Source: the human T2T-CHM13v2.0 reference genome, Homo sapiens. From it: DNA of 64,000 nucleotides. How positions within the stretch are numbered: the first letter of the stretch is position 1; the number at the start of each line of letters is the position of its first letter. The stretch lies in assembly GCF_009914755.1 (NCBI RefSeq), contig NC_060942.1; one strand, given 5' to 3'. Under the pieces are notes generated by a model that had not been told where the DNA came from, searched no databases, and worked only from the letters and a program-made list of their open reading frames with translations. Positions 41,433 through 62,990 of the stretch are shown here, piece after piece. Both the position numbers and the translations under genes were made by a program.

Positions 41433-41595
41433 GTTAGTATTAAGGAAATTTGTATTAGATGTTTTGCAAGGTAACACTGTAACTGGGTTTTTTTTTTAAT
41501 GTGTTTAGAATAAATCCATGCTTTTGAAAACCTTGTTTTAATCTCCTCTCTAAGGCTAAATCTTCTTTATGCATTTTTGGCTGTATAGATCCTTA

Positions 41596-42039
<444 letters not shown>

Positions 42040-42421
42040 CTACTTAATGTTTCTTTTTTCTAAGGAAAGCACATATGCAACAAATGTTTAATGTAAGACC
42101 CATGCTTTGATGAAAGGTGTTTTACGTCATGTGAATGAATGAATTAATCAGTGCAGACATGAGGATTGATAAACAACAGCAGTGGCAATGGCTGTCTTTT
42201 TATTGAGCCTTCACTATATGCCAGGTGCTTTACCTACATCATTCACTGAATCTGCACAATAACCTTGGAGGTTGGTAGTATTATCACCATTTACTGATTG
42301 GATGCCTCAGGCTTGGAGGGGTTAAGCAACAGACAACTAATAAGAGGAGATGCTCCAAAACCTATTCTACTCAAAGTCACTGTGATTACAAAAAAGAAAT
42401 TATTTTTAAATGTTATTTCAG

Positions 42422-42813
42422 TGACCATGTAAAATATTATTTCTCTAAATTCTGGAATCATAAAAATGGGTAAATTGCCTTTAAAATTAGGAAGATATAG
42501 CTAAGAAATGTGAGAGTGTACAAATTCAAGGAAATCCTTCTTTATATTACAATCTCACATCCCGAAGAAAGGGTTGGAGCAAACAGATTTATGAGAGACT
42601 AGCCTAAAAAGAATGAATTCATTTCAGAAAAAAAAGCATGTATTAAATATGACTCTCTGGAGAGATTAGTTATTTGCATCTATCAAGTCAAACTTCCATC
42701 GACACTACCTAAAATCATGGTCTTCCAACAAAGAACCAAATATGGGAAATGACCATATACATGCATAAATTACCTTACCAAATACAAAATGTCCAAGTTA
42801 CGTCAATATTAAG
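42422..42813 (+). pseudogene. GREB1-like remnant exon
   Basis: TTATTTCAG|, phase-2 compatible with the previous exon. DHVKYYF vs GREB1 KHLKYYL; RRKGWS (42563-42580, shifted frame) vs RHKGWS. Donor AAG|GTTCGT. Confidence 0.65.
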
Positions 42814-42959
42814 GTTCGTATTTTAATCTGCTCTGACTGTGTAACTGTATAGTTAAACCTTCCATAGTAACTCAATGATAAAAGTCATTAACAGTTAATA
42901 ATAGCCCAACACTAGGTAAGATTGTTTAATATTTTAAAAATCAGCTCATTCATTCATAA

Positions 42960-43244
<285 letters not shown>

Positions 43245-43411
43245 TGATCCACCTGCCTAGGCCTCCCAAAGTGCTGGGATTACAGGCATGAGCCACCGTG
43301 CCTGGCCAAGAGAGATCTTATGACTTTATTAACTTAGAGATAAATACCAGGACACATTGTACTGAAATCCAAGGAGTGTGAACATTAATAGATTTTCAAA
43401 TACTTTATTAA

Positions 43412-43879
<468 letters not shown>

Positions 43880-44156
43880 TGACCAACATGGTGAAACCCC
43901 ATCTCTACTAAAAATACAAAAATTAGCCAGGCGTGGTGGTACATGCCTGTAATCCTAGCTACTCAGGAGGCTGAGGCAGGAGAATCATTTGAACCTGGGA
44001 GGCGGAGGTTGTGGTGAGCTAAGATTGCGCCACTGCACTCTAGCCTAGGCGACAGAGCAAGATTCTGTCTCGGTGCGGGGGGTAAAAAACCCATAGGTTT
44101 CTTGTGGAAGTTTTCATTAGAGACTAATAAAATCTGTTTTTTTCAGTTTATACCTA

Positions 44157-44628
<472 letters not shown>

Positions 44629-45071
44629 CTAGCTTTATTACCATTATTATCATATTCATTTCTTTATAGTGGAATAATCTACAATCATTTCAAATTATTT
44701 GAGCCCTGAGTTCTGATCATTAATTTGCATAGGTATATGTTCTTCTGAATACTTGAAACCACATTTACTAAAGAATCAACAACCATGCACTGAAGATTCA
44801 AAATGTATGCAATGACTCTCACTGTTTAAAGGGTGCTATTTAAATTATCTAAACACGACTAATGTTGTAGAGATTTTTCTTTTGGAGACCTAGTAATTTT
44901 GGCATAAAATAGAAAATTGGCACTCATGCTTATTTTATGTAAAATTAATTCCAAGTTTAAAATAGAAGCAATGCAGGAGACCAAGGAATGGATGTTTTGA
45001 AAACCACAGACTGGAAAATTTGATTTATGTTATAATGAGTGACTTTTAAAATGTATATGAACTCCTATTCA

Positions 45072-45370
45072 GGAAAATATTCAGGTTCTCCTTAAACCTT
45101 TTAAGGACATATTGTCCAGTCGTGGATTCTATTTGAAAACTTTGAAACAGAAAATAATCCTCCGTTTAATAAAAGCCTCCAGAATAAACAACTTCTTTAA
45201 GCTTTTCTCTAACGTCTCCCATATTCTCTGTGAAAATTACCAGTCTCATTTCCTTTGAGATGGTGTGCTGTGCATCCAGAGAACAAAGCATTTCCTGAGT
45301 CTGTTTAGAGTATGTAGAACCCGTTCCTAAGTGTTTACCATGTATCCTCAAGAATCTGGCATATATTTGA
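45072..45370 (+). pseudogene. GREB1-like remnant exon (boundaries uncertain)
   Basis: CTC CCA TAT t CTC TGT GAA AAT (45216-45237) = LPY/LCEN with a 1-nt insertion vs GREB1 FPYLCGN. Confidence 0.5.
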
Positions 45371-46556
45371 AAAAAAAAAACAAAAAAATCCCAAAGAATA
45401 CAGAAACTTATATAAAAGCTTGAGATGATTAATGGCACAGAATTATGCAAAGTCTTAGCAAGCATTTGATAAATTTGATTATTTAGACATTAAATACTTA
45501 TTAAATAAAACTTTACTTAACTAATCAATTTGAATATCCATATATATGACTATGAGAATGCAAAAAATCTTTGAGCTAGAAGTGAAATATAAGTTCTTGT
45601 TCCACTGCTAGTGGGTACAGGATTTCTTCTTGGGGCGATGAGAATATTCTGGAATTACATAGTGGTGATGCTTGCACAGCTTTGTGAATATACTAAAAAT
45701 CACTTTAAACGGTGAATTTTACTGTGTGTAAATTATATCACAATATTAAAAAAATTTCTGGTACCAGAATTTTATGCCCTTTTATAGCTATGTAATCTTA
45801 AGCAAGCAAATTTCCCAATTTCTCAAAGACTTCAGTTTTTTCCATTGTAAAGTGAAGGGATTGTATTAGGTCAATGTTTTTTGAACTGTGGGTTGCAATT
45901 CCTTACTGAGTAGCAAAATCAATTTAGTGCATGGCAACCAGCACCTTTTAAAAAATGAAACAAATATCACAGCATACTGCATATACTAAGTATAATTTGG
46001 CAAAACTTTTATTTTTTCTATGTGTATATACTGAGTTATGATATAAAATATATTTTTTTCATTGTGGGTTACAGTTATAAAGGTTGAAACCCACTGTATT
46101 TCCTGATTTGTGACATCTCCATAAAATTTAGTCAATTTACATTCAATTTAGTAGTAGCAAACTCTCCATTTGATCTTATATTTGCAGGTTATGTTCTTGG
46201 AACGCTTACCACACATCAGACACCATTCTGAACTCTTTACGTATTAACTCAATCCTCACTGCACACTATGAAACAGAACAATTGTTATGGTTCTTTCATT
46301 TTATAGACAAGGAAAATGAAGGAAAGATAAGTTAATAAGGAAGACAAAATCATACAGTTAGAAGTGGTGGAGCTAGAAATTGAGCCCTAATAGTTTAATT
46401 TACAGTATGTAAATTATATCTCAATTAAAAAAATTAGTCCCAGAATTGTATGCCCTTTTGTAGCTACGTAATCTTAAACCAGCAAATTTCCCAATTCTGT
46501 TTTCCCAAATCTATTTTTGGTTGTGAATATTGTCCAAAAAAATAAGAAAAGTTTCA

Positions 46557-46871
<315 letters not shown>

Positions 46872-47017
46872 TCACTGATCTGAAAGAAACCATACTGGAG
46901 AAAGCACTAAAGGAGATGGAGGAAGCATAGTCATCAAATCACTTTGGTCCATCAGTCCTCTTGCCAGTGCCCTCTGTAGACTCAAGGTTTTGGCTGAGTA
47001 GCAGAAATTTTCACTTA

Positions 47018-48108
<1,091 letters not shown>

Positions 48109-49184
48109 GTACTTGTCCTGCTTTTATATGCTAACACATTTAAATTCATCTTCACCACAATCTGTGAGGTCATCCCTGTTTTGTTTTTGTTTTTAGTGTG
48201 AGTACACGGCAACTCACTTAAAATAATTTAGTGTTAAGAGAGCCAGCTTAAATTAAGCTTCAGTTTCTGTGAACCAACCCTGGTAGTTTTTCCTACTATA
48301 TGAATCTGAAGTATTGCTCCCCTACTCAAATGCACCTCCATACACTGTGTACATGTATACATGCATTTCATATGTTTTCCATTGTTACAATTTATACAGA
48401 TGTATTATATCTACTCATACATTTCCATTCTTTTGCTTTCATCTGCTATGGGATCTATATTTTACTATTATAGAACATTTAAGGCCAGGCATGTTGGCTC
48501 ATGCCTATTATCCCAGCACTTTGGGAGGCTGAGGCCAGAGGATTGCTTGAGGTCAGGAGTTTGAAATCAGCCTGGGCAACACAGCAAGACCCTGTCTCTA
48601 CAAAAAATGGAAAGAAAAAACAAAAACAAAAACAGGCATGGCAGCACATGCCTGTAGTCATAGCTACTTCGGAGGTTGATGCAGGAAAATCCCTTGAGCC
48701 CGGGAGTTGCAGTGAGCTATGATTACACAACTGCACTCCAGCCTGAGCCTAGGTGACAGAGTGAGACACTGTCTCTAAATAAATAAATGAGAACATTTTG
48801 AAAATTTAGTCAAACAATGGGGAATCTTGTTCTTTTACCTTCAGTTCAGCTCAAATCTTGAATATTTATATTTAATAGTCACATGCAAATGTTCCCCATT
48901 ATTTCCTATTTAATAAATACTACACTATAAGTTGTTAAATTTAGGTCCAGCTGCTAATGACTAATGGGGTAAGAACAGTATAGCTGTTTATACAGAATTT
49001 TGCAAATTGATCATGGAATTTACAGAGGAATGGAGACCCCTGACTTAGTTGTGTGTGTGTATGTGTTTTTAACTATAATCTTATTCTTGGACAATGCTTG
49101 AGATAATGATTCCCACAAGAAAATGTAAGTTATGCAGAGAAAAAAACACTTGTATAAAATGTAAAATGAGAGATGAACTTTCAG

Positions 49185-49346
49185 CCTGTAAAATCTACTT
49201 TGGAAAAATCAGATTAGAAGTTCTTTCAAGGCATAGGAAGAACACATTTAACAGAGATTTTAGCCAAGCAGAAATAATGCAGAACCGCTATGAAGAATTT
49301 AGTGTGCCTAGCCACATACAAGCTTTCTGTTCGTTTATTTTCGAAG
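49185..49346 (+). pseudogene. GREB1-like remnant exon
   Basis: CTTTCAG| ... AAG|GTAGAT, 162 nt. LEVLSRHRK then a frameshift to THLTEI (49242-49259) vs GREB1 LEQIFLRSWRESHLTEI. Confidence 0.65.
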
Positions 49347-50270
49347 GTAGATACCACTTTTTTCACAATTACTAAAAGCCAGGCAAATTACTAGTATTTT
49401 ACATCATCATAACTCATTAATCCCTCACAAAGTCCTATAAATTTAGTAATGAAATTAAAATCCCCTGGGAGTCAGAAACATCCCATTTGTGAGAAATACA
49501 CTTTTCAATTTATGCCAACCAAAAGCAGAATAAAATTTTAATTTATGAATTTTTAAGATGAGAAAAGTGGGGCTTAGCAATGCTAACTAATATGTGCAAG
49601 TTTGTGCAGTTATAAGGAATCTGATTCATAATCACTTTTCTCCATTGCCTCCACGGATTAAAAAGGTGTTCCCAGCCCTGCAGTTTTTCTTACAGAGCTC
49701 AGTTCCTTAACCACATATCAATAAATTTCAACTGTGGCCGGGTAAGGTGGCTCACACCTATAATCTCAGCACTTTGGGAGGCTGAGGCGGGCAGATCACC
49801 TGAGGCCAAGAGTTTGAGACCAGCCTGACCAACATGTCGAAACCCTGTCTCTGCTAAAAATACAAAAAGTAGCCAGGTGTGGTGGCAGGCGCCTGTAATT
49901 CCAGCTTCGAGAGGCTGAGAGAGAAGAATCGCTTGAACCCAGGAGGGGTAGGCTGCAGTGAGCTGAAATCATGCCACTGCACTCTAACCTGGGCGACAGA
50001 GTGAGACTTTGTCTCAAAAAAAAAAAAAATTTCAATTGCATGTAGTATACGGCTTATGCCTTTTCCAAAAGTTGGAATTTGATTTTTGATTATGGATTAG
50101 AATTCTTACATAAAGGAGTATTTTTGGATATTTGCCATTAATAGGAGATTTTTAATCTCAGCAATTTATGTTAATTTCTTTTTGTCATAATAACGTTATA
50201 AACGAATTATTTTTTCTAAACAAATTATTTTTCTCTGTAACTTACTTGCTCTTTTTATCCTTCTTGGAAG

Positions 50271-50411
50271 ACAAAAATATTTTAGATAATATTCCTGTTA
50301 TCAAGTATTTTCCTCATTGTGTAGCCTTTGAAAACTCAGGACATTGCAACAAAGTGACTCCCCAGTTTCTCATACTGAGTCAGTAACGGAAAATCATTAT
50401 TGTCACTCAAG
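50271..50411 (+). pseudogene. GREB1-like remnant exon
   Basis: Long pyrimidine tract then AAG|, 141 nt, phase 1, GC (decayed) donor. LDNIPVIKY...IIIVTQ vs GREB1 NDSVHVIEC...CIAVTG. Confidence 0.55.
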
Positions 50412-50974
50412 GCATGCTTACTGTACGGGATGAAACAATGAAATATAAGAACATATCCTACTTAAGAAGCTTGATAGAATATTATATACAAACATGAATA
50501 GTAGCTTATATTTGATAAATGCTAATGAGGAGTACAGAAAATTAAATCTTTGGGAATTTACAGTAGGGATCTTAGTAGGTGGAGGCAACTGACAAGAGCT
50601 TTGAAAAGGCAGTGGGATAATCAGGAGAGACAGCTCCGGAAAGGCATTCCAGAAAAGGAAGATGAGAGCAGAGGCAGAGTTTCAGTTTGAGTAAATGTGC
50701 ATGAAATAGAGTGCTCCATTATGCCAGAAGTAGAGGATTCGTATGGGGGTAGAGTAGGAGATAAGGGCCCTTGATGATTCAACATTTACAGCTCTTACAA
50801 TTTGAACATTAATTTTTCTATCAAATGCCTCCAGGTCGCACTCTACTGAACTCCTTGAAGGGTGGGGACTTTCATCTTATCAACCTTGATACCTTTGGTG
50901 CCTAACACGGTACTTTCAGTGCCTGGTACAGAAAAGGTATTCTGTAAGTATTTGTTGAATGAATGAATGAATGA

Positions 50975-51249
<275 letters not shown>

Positions 51250-51370
51250 TGATCAGGCTGGTCTCGAACTCCTGACCTCATGATCTGCCCACCTCAGCCT
51301 CCCAAAGTGCTGGGATTACAGGCGTGAGCCACGATGCCGGGCCTCAACCATTTGTTTTTACTCTATTCAG

Positions 51371-51460
51371 ACATGAATGATGAAATGTTACAGAATCCTT
51401 ATTTCTTCATTCTCCGTTGCTTTTTGGAAATTTTCTCGGGTGAACATTACCTTCTACAGA
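51371..51460 (+). pseudogene. GREB1-like remnant exon, abutting an MLT2 LTR
   Basis: CTCTATTCAG|, open in phase 1: DMNDEMLQNPYFFILRCFLEIFSGE vs GREB1 ILSESLLTPAEYQKEVNYELVTGK. Confidence 0.5.
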
Positions 51461-51695
51461 GTAACAGAACCAGTAGGATGTAATATACATAGAAAGACAC
51501 TTATGAGAAGGAATTGGTTCACATGATTATGGCAGCTGAGAAGTCCCAGCATCTGTAGGGTGAGTCAACAGCTATAGACCCAGGAGAGCAGGTAGGGTAG
51601 GTCCAGGCAGAGTTTGAAGGCCTGAAAACCAGGAAGCCAATGAAGTCAGGGAAAAAGCCAGTGTCTCACACTGAAGGCAGTCGGGAAGATTTCTT
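51460..51695 (-). mobile_element. MLT2 ERVL LTR fragment
   Basis: ACAGAACCAGTAGGA...GGAATTGGTTCACATGATTATGG...GAGAAGTCCCA. Confidence 0.65.
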
Positions 51696-51709
51696 TCTTT
51701 CTTTCTTTC

Positions 51710-51769
<60 letters not shown>

Positions 51770-51899
51770 TCGTCTCTCTCTCTCTCTTTCTGTCTCTTTC
51801 TTTTCTTTCCTTCCTTCCTTCCCTCCCTCCCTCCTTCTTTCCTTCCTTCCTTCCTTCTCTCTCTCTCTCTCTCTGTCTCCCTCTTTTTTTTTTTTTTTT
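51690..51899. repeat. ~210-bp polypyrimidine tract (TTTC)n/(TC)n/(CCTT)n at an Alu tail
   Basis: Direct inspection. Confidence 0.95.
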
Positions 51900-52317
51900 G
51901 ACTCGTTTTTTCACCCAGGCTTGAGTGCAGTTGCCTGACCTCACTGCAACCTCTGCCTCCCGGGTTCAAGCAAGTCTCCTGCCTCAGACTCCCGAGTAGC
52001 TGAGATTACAAGCACGTGCCACCACCCCTGGCTAATTTTGTGTTTTTGGTAGAGATGGGGTTTCACCATGTTGGCCACGCTGGTCTTGAAATCCTGACCT
52101 CAGGTGATCTGCCCACCTTGGCCTCCCAAAGTGCTGGGATTACAGGCGTGAGTCACCGCACCTGGCTAATAGGAAATATTAATGCATTTAATAAATACGG
52201 CATACCACTACTACTTCTTTGATTTTATCAGATAAATAGTCTTTCCAAATATTGAGTTGTGATACTCCTGCATTGCAGAAACCATTCACTTACATTTCTG
52301 TTTTCTCTTTTTTTTGA

Positions 52318-52608
<291 letters not shown>

Positions 52609-52807
52609 TAGAGGAGTGGTTTCTCCATGTTGCCCAGGCTGGTCTTAGACTCCTGGGCTCAAGTGATCTTCAGGCCTTGGCCTCCCAAAGTGTTGGGATT
52701 ACAGGCATGAGCCACCACGCCCAGCCTCATTTACATTCCTGTCTTCAATTCCTAGTATAGTGCCTGGTATGTAGTAAGCATGTGATAAAAATTTTAAGAA
52801 TATTTAG

Positions 52808-53551
<744 letters not shown>

Positions 53552-53698
53552 TAAGAACAACTAAGTTTTATTTATGCAAAAATGTTTATTTGATTTGAAA
53601 TGAAACTTTGGAGAAGTTATAATAGCAGAAGTCAAATGTCTTCTTTTCCTTTGTGTTTCTTAATTATGTTGCCTTTTTAACCTTTCATTCTAAAATAG

Positions 53699-54357
53699 TT
53701 TCTATGAACAACTAAACAAGACATGATGGTTGACTCAATCAATAAAATATACAGTATGTTTGCATCATGACATATTTAGATTTCAGTGGCACAAATATAA
53801 TATTACGTTATGCCAAATAATACTTTATATTTTTCAAATTATTTTATTATCACATTTGATCCGTATAACAATCTTAAAAGATGAATAGGTAGATGTCACT
53901 ACCCCCATTTTACAGGCGAGGAAACTGAGGAATGAGAAATGCAAACCAGTATGCCAGTCACCAAGTGTCAGATTAATTACTGAGCTAGAGGCCAAACGAG
54001 GTGGCTCAAGCCTGTACTTGCAGCACTTTGGGAGGCCGAGGCAGGCGGACTGCTTGAGCTCAAGAGTTTGAGACCAGCTTGGGCAAGAAAAAGAATTAGC
54101 AGGGTGTGGTGGTACATGACTGTAGTCCCAGCTGCTTGGGAGGCTGAGGTGAGAGGCTCGCGTGAGCCCGAGAGGTTGAAGCTGCAGTGAGCTGTGATTC
54201 TACCACTGCACTCCAGCCTGGGTGACAGAGCAAGACCCTGTCTCAAGGTGATGAAATGATTAGAATTATCCCAAATCTACTATCCCGAATGGTATAGTTA
54301 TTTTGTATCATTGTATAATTTTCTCCTGCTACTCATTCCTTCAGGTTCTAAGGGAGA
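53699..54357 (+). pseudogene. remnant exons 53699-53753 and 13-nt microexon 54345-54357
   Basis: Strong acceptors; donors |GTATGT and |GTAAGT. FYEQLNKT*WL... plus VLRE vs GREB1 TYQQTLLHVWHSGVLLE. Confidence 0.45.
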
Positions 54358-55019
54358 GTAAGTTCTAGTTGGTTTCCAAAAGCCCCAACTTAAATGGCTT
54401 CCTGGCAATTTTGATCTTAAAGATTGTCTTTTTTTAAGCTGGCCAGAGCAGCTGGCATAAAGAGAGAAAAAAAAGATTATGTCTTTTCTTCTTCTCTCTC
54501 TCTCTCTCTCCTCTAGTACCTAGAACACATGCAGAAGGTGCTTAGTATACTCGTGAGCAATGAATACATAAATAAAATGAGTTTAGAAGAGACCTGGGAA
54601 AGTCTGGGTAGTGGAATGGGAATACTCTTCTTTGTTAGAAGATAATAGATACCTCAGCACTGGGACATCAGCAGTGATAATCCTGCGTCACAGTTGGTGA
54701 GAAGCAGCGGGAAATCAGGGGGAAAGGAGGTAGAGGCAGGCACAGTGGCAGCCCAAGGAAATGAAGGCAAACTGTGGTCATGAGACCAAAGACAAGGGGA
54801 GCTGGGGAAGGGAATGATGTCATCAGAACAACAATAGAGGAAGATGGTTTTGGCAGCAGCTTTTGAATAGACTTTGAAGAAAAAAATCAGAGAGAGGGGA
54901 AAAAGGAAACGGGAAACGGAAGTCTGTTGAGAACTCAGCATGACATTTGGAGTGGGTGGAGAGCTTCCTGTATAGCTTGATGTTTGGAACATCTGGTCAC
55001 CTCTTACAATAACAAAACC

Positions 55020-56140
<1,121 letters not shown>

Positions 56141-56193
56141 GTTTTTATTATAATTCTATTGCTAATAGTGTGGTTAACCTCCATATAATAATA

Positions 56194-57442
<1,249 letters not shown>

Positions 57443-58224
57443 TAGGCACTGTTCTAAGTACTAGACAGACAATACGTGATGATGCTAGTCTTTGAAATAG
57501 AAAACACAGGAGAAAAAGCAGGATAGCAAAGGGGGAAATGATTACTTGAGTGCTGGGCATGTTGGGTTTGAGGTGTTTGAGGGAAAGCCAGTGGAAGTGT
57601 CAATGGGAGGCAGAACTCAGGAGCACTGCCAGGGCTGGAGATAGATTTGGGAATCAATAACATGTAGATAAGAGCTGAAGCTGTGGAACAAATGAGATTC
57701 CCGAGAGAGAGAGAATGCGGAGTGTCCACTTAGTCCAGCCCCAGCCCTGAGCTGAGCCAAAGGGATGAGCAGGAATTAGCTAGGAAAGAAGGCCGAAGAG
57801 GTCATTTCAGGCGGAGGAAATAGTGATAGCAAAGAAACCTGCAGGTCCCTGGGATCAACTGAAAAAGCACAGGATTTGTAAATTTAGAAAGGAGGGCTAG
57901 GCATGGTGGCTCACACCTTTAATCCCAGCACTTTGGGAGGCTGAGGTGGGAGGATGTCTTGAGCCCAGGATTTTGAGGTCAGCCTAAGCAAAATAGAAAG
58001 ACCCCCATTTCTACAAAAAATAAAATAAAAATAGCTGGGTGGCGTGTGCCTGTAGTCCCAGCTACTCCGGAGGCTGAGGTGGGAGGATTGATTGCTTGAG
58101 CCCAAGATTTCAAGGCTGCAGTAAAGTATGATTGCACTGCACTCCAGCCTGGGTCATAGAGCAAGATCCTATCTCAAAAAAAAAAAAAAAGAAAGAAAGA
58201 AAAAAAAATTTAGAAGGAGACTTG

Positions 58225-59615
<1,391 letters not shown>

Positions 59616-59791
59616 CTAAGTTTTGCAGAGATGGGGTTGCGTCATGTTACCCAGGCTGGCCCCGAACTCCTGAGCTCAAGCGATCTGCCTGCCTTGGCCT
59701 CCCAAAGTGCTGGGATTACAGGCATGAGCCACCATACCCGGCCTCCACAAGTGATTTTGCTGCTCAGTCAGGGTTAAGAACCATTGATCTG

Positions 59792-59952
59792 GGGTGGGGG
59801 GAGGGGGGAGGGATAGCATTGGGAGATATACCTAATGCTAGAGGACGAGTTAGTGGGTGCAGCGCACCAGCATGTCACATGTATACATATGTAACTAACC
59901 TGCATATTGTGCACATGTACCCTAAAACTTAAAGTATTTAAAAAAAAAAAAA
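59792..59952 (+). mobile_element. short young L1PA (L1PA2/3-like) 3' end
   Basis: L1 3' UTR with GAG diagnostic, A-tail, perfect 16-bp TSD AAGAACCATTGATCTG (59776-59791, 59953-59968). Confidence 0.88.
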
Positions 59953-60753
59953 AAGAACCATTGATCTGAGGTCGGGCACAGTGGCTTACACCTGTAATTG
60001 TAGCACTTTGGGAGGCCGAGGTGGGCAGATCGCTTGAGCTCAGGAGTTTGAGATCAGCCTGGCCAATATGGTGAAACCTGTCTCTGCTAAAAATACGAAA
60101 ATTAACCAGGCATCATGGCACACACCTGTAATCCCAGCTACTCGAGAGGCTGGGGCAGGAGAATCACTTGAAGCAGAGGTTGCAGTGAGCCAAGATTGTG
60201 GCACTGCACTCCAGCCTGGGTGATAGAGCAAGACTCTGTCTCAAAAAAAAAAAAAAATTCACTTTTGGAGCTTTGAAAACCTGCTAATGCCTGGGCTATG
60301 CAGCTAGCGATTCTGACCTACATGGTATGAGGAAGGCGTCAAACACCTGCATTTAGAAAGAGCAAGTGAGAATGCCTGTTGTAGAAGTAGAAGATGGGAG
60401 GGGAATAGCATGACATGAGCTGCAAGAGGAAAGGCTGCGGCAGAGGGATATAGCAGTGACAAAGCACCTCTGAGGTTTGAAAGGACGAGGACTAGGGACA
60501 GCCACTGGGTCTGGCAAACAAGGTTTCATCAGAACCTTTAATAGGAGCAGTTTTAGTAGAAGAATGAGGGAAGAATCATTGGTGAGAAAGTTCTCTGAAC
60601 TCTGGAGAAATTGGAAGCAAAATTACAGGTAGAATGGGAAGGTTTAAAGGATGGATGGAGATACGGTTAAATAATTAGGTAGAAGGGATGGAAATAGAGG
60701 GACTTGATGCCTGAGAGCTTCTATTTTCATTTTCTTTCTTTTTTTTTTTTTGA

Positions 60754-61023
<270 letters not shown>

Positions 61024-61052
61024 TGAGCCGGGCCAAGAGAGCTTCTATTTTC

Positions 61053-61677
61053 TTTTTTTTTTTTTTTTTTTTATTGTACTCTAAGTTTTAGGGTACATGT
61101 GCACATTGTGCAGGTTAGTTACATATGTATACATGTGCCATGCTGGTGCGCTGCACCCACTAACGTGTCATCTAGCATTAGGTATATCTCCCAATGCTAT
61201 CCCTCCCCCCTCCCCCGACCCCACCACAGTCCCCAGAGTGTGATATTCCCCTTCCTGTGTCCATGTGATCTCATTGTTCAATTCCCACCTATGAGTGAGA
61301 ATATGCGGTGTTTGGTTTTTTGTTCTTGCGATAGTTTACTGAGAATGATGGTTTCCAATTTCATCCATGTCCCTACAAAGGACATGAACTCATCATTTTT
61401 TATGGCTGCAGAGTATTCCATGGTGTATATGTGCCACATTTTCTTAATCCAGTCTATCATTGTTGGACATTTGGGTTGGTTCCAAGTCTTTGCTATTGTG
61501 AATAGTGCCGCAATAAACATACGTGTGCATGTGTCTTTATAACAGCATGATTTATAGTCCTTTGGGTATATACCCAGTAATGGGATGGCTGGAACACTTT
61601 TACACTGTTGGTGGGACTGTAAACTAGTTCAACCATTGTGGAAGTCAGTGTGGCGATTCCTCAGGGATCTAGAACTA
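61053..61677 (-). mobile_element. L1HS pre-Ta, 5'-truncated with 5' inversion (twin priming)
   Basis: 3' UTR reads GATGACACGTTAGTGGG (ACG) and AACTTAGAGTA (G), the pre-Ta diagnostics. Poly-T tail. ORF2 C-terminal fragment. Inverted piece 61591-61679. 18-bp TSD AGAGAGCTTCTATTTTCT. Confidence 0.9.
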
Positions 61678-62386
61678 GAGAGCTTCTATTTTCTAAGTGG
61701 CACTTCAGGCACAGTCACCAGAGGCCACATGGCACTGGTGACCAAGAACATAGGTTTTACAGCCAGATGACCTAGGCTCACATTCTCAGTCCTTTGATCT
61801 CTGTTCTTCTGATTCTCATTTGTAAAATGGGGATTTTTTTCTGCCCTGTAGGACTGTTGCGAAGGTTAAAGGAGTTAGTACCTATGATGTTTTTGGAATA
61901 ATATCTGGCATGCAGTGAGGACTCAGTTTTGTGTTAACAGTGATAGAAGCAAGGAATGGGTTGGATGGCCAGGTCATCTCTGTGAGGCATGGAAAAAGAA
62001 ACCCACTAGAGCTGCAAAGCGGTGTTCATAGTGTCAGTGGCCCAGCTAAAGCTGGAAACCATTAATTTTGTAACAGAACCAACTAGTGACTATTTTATTT
62101 TTTTTGGCAGAACTCAGCAGCAGGAAGAAGCCAAGGTAAGGCATTAGCCAGGGAGGTGGGGCAGAAGGGCCAGGGGCTGGAGAATCTCCAGTGCTCCCAT
62201 GACTGTGGCCACATGGTTCAACTGTGGTCCAGGTTGGGGTTCGTAAACTCAGAGGTCAGGGGGACATCAGGTGTCTGAGCCCTGGCAGAGTCCAGGGGAG
62301 ATTTAGAGGCTGTGGAGGAGGTGGAAATGCAACAGGGAAGAGAATTATGACCACAGAGAGAATATCAATACGACAAGCATGTTTGA

Positions 62387-62758
<372 letters not shown>

Positions 62759-62990
62759 TGAGGAACCTGATGGTTCTTCAGCGATGCCTCAGGAATGATT
62801 CTTTCAATCAGGGCGACTCCATTTTCATTTGTTGAGACGTGGGGGCGTGGGTGGGGTGGATGGGGGCAGTGACAAAAGTATATTTTATCAATAAAATTTG
62901 ACTAAAAAAAGTGGTGTTGCTTGTTTTTTGCTTCTGGTTTGAAAACCACTTTGGTTTGGCTGGATGAACTTGGGTTTGACAGTGAGGAGG

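Noticed and set aside
45166-45465. Minus-strand 99-aa ORF with an acceptor-like T-tract
   Set aside because: No recognisable homology; the plus strand here carries the GREB1-like LPY/LCEN motif, so it is probably an antisense shadow.
49094-49375. 93-aa plus-strand ORF as a standalone gene
   Set aside because: Better explained as a remnant exon (49185-49346) of the GREB1-like pseudogene, whose conserved THLTEI lies in a shifted frame.
61278-61520. 80-aa ORF MFIAALFTIAKTWNQPKCP...
   Set aside because: C-terminal fragment of L1 ORF2p in a truncated L1.
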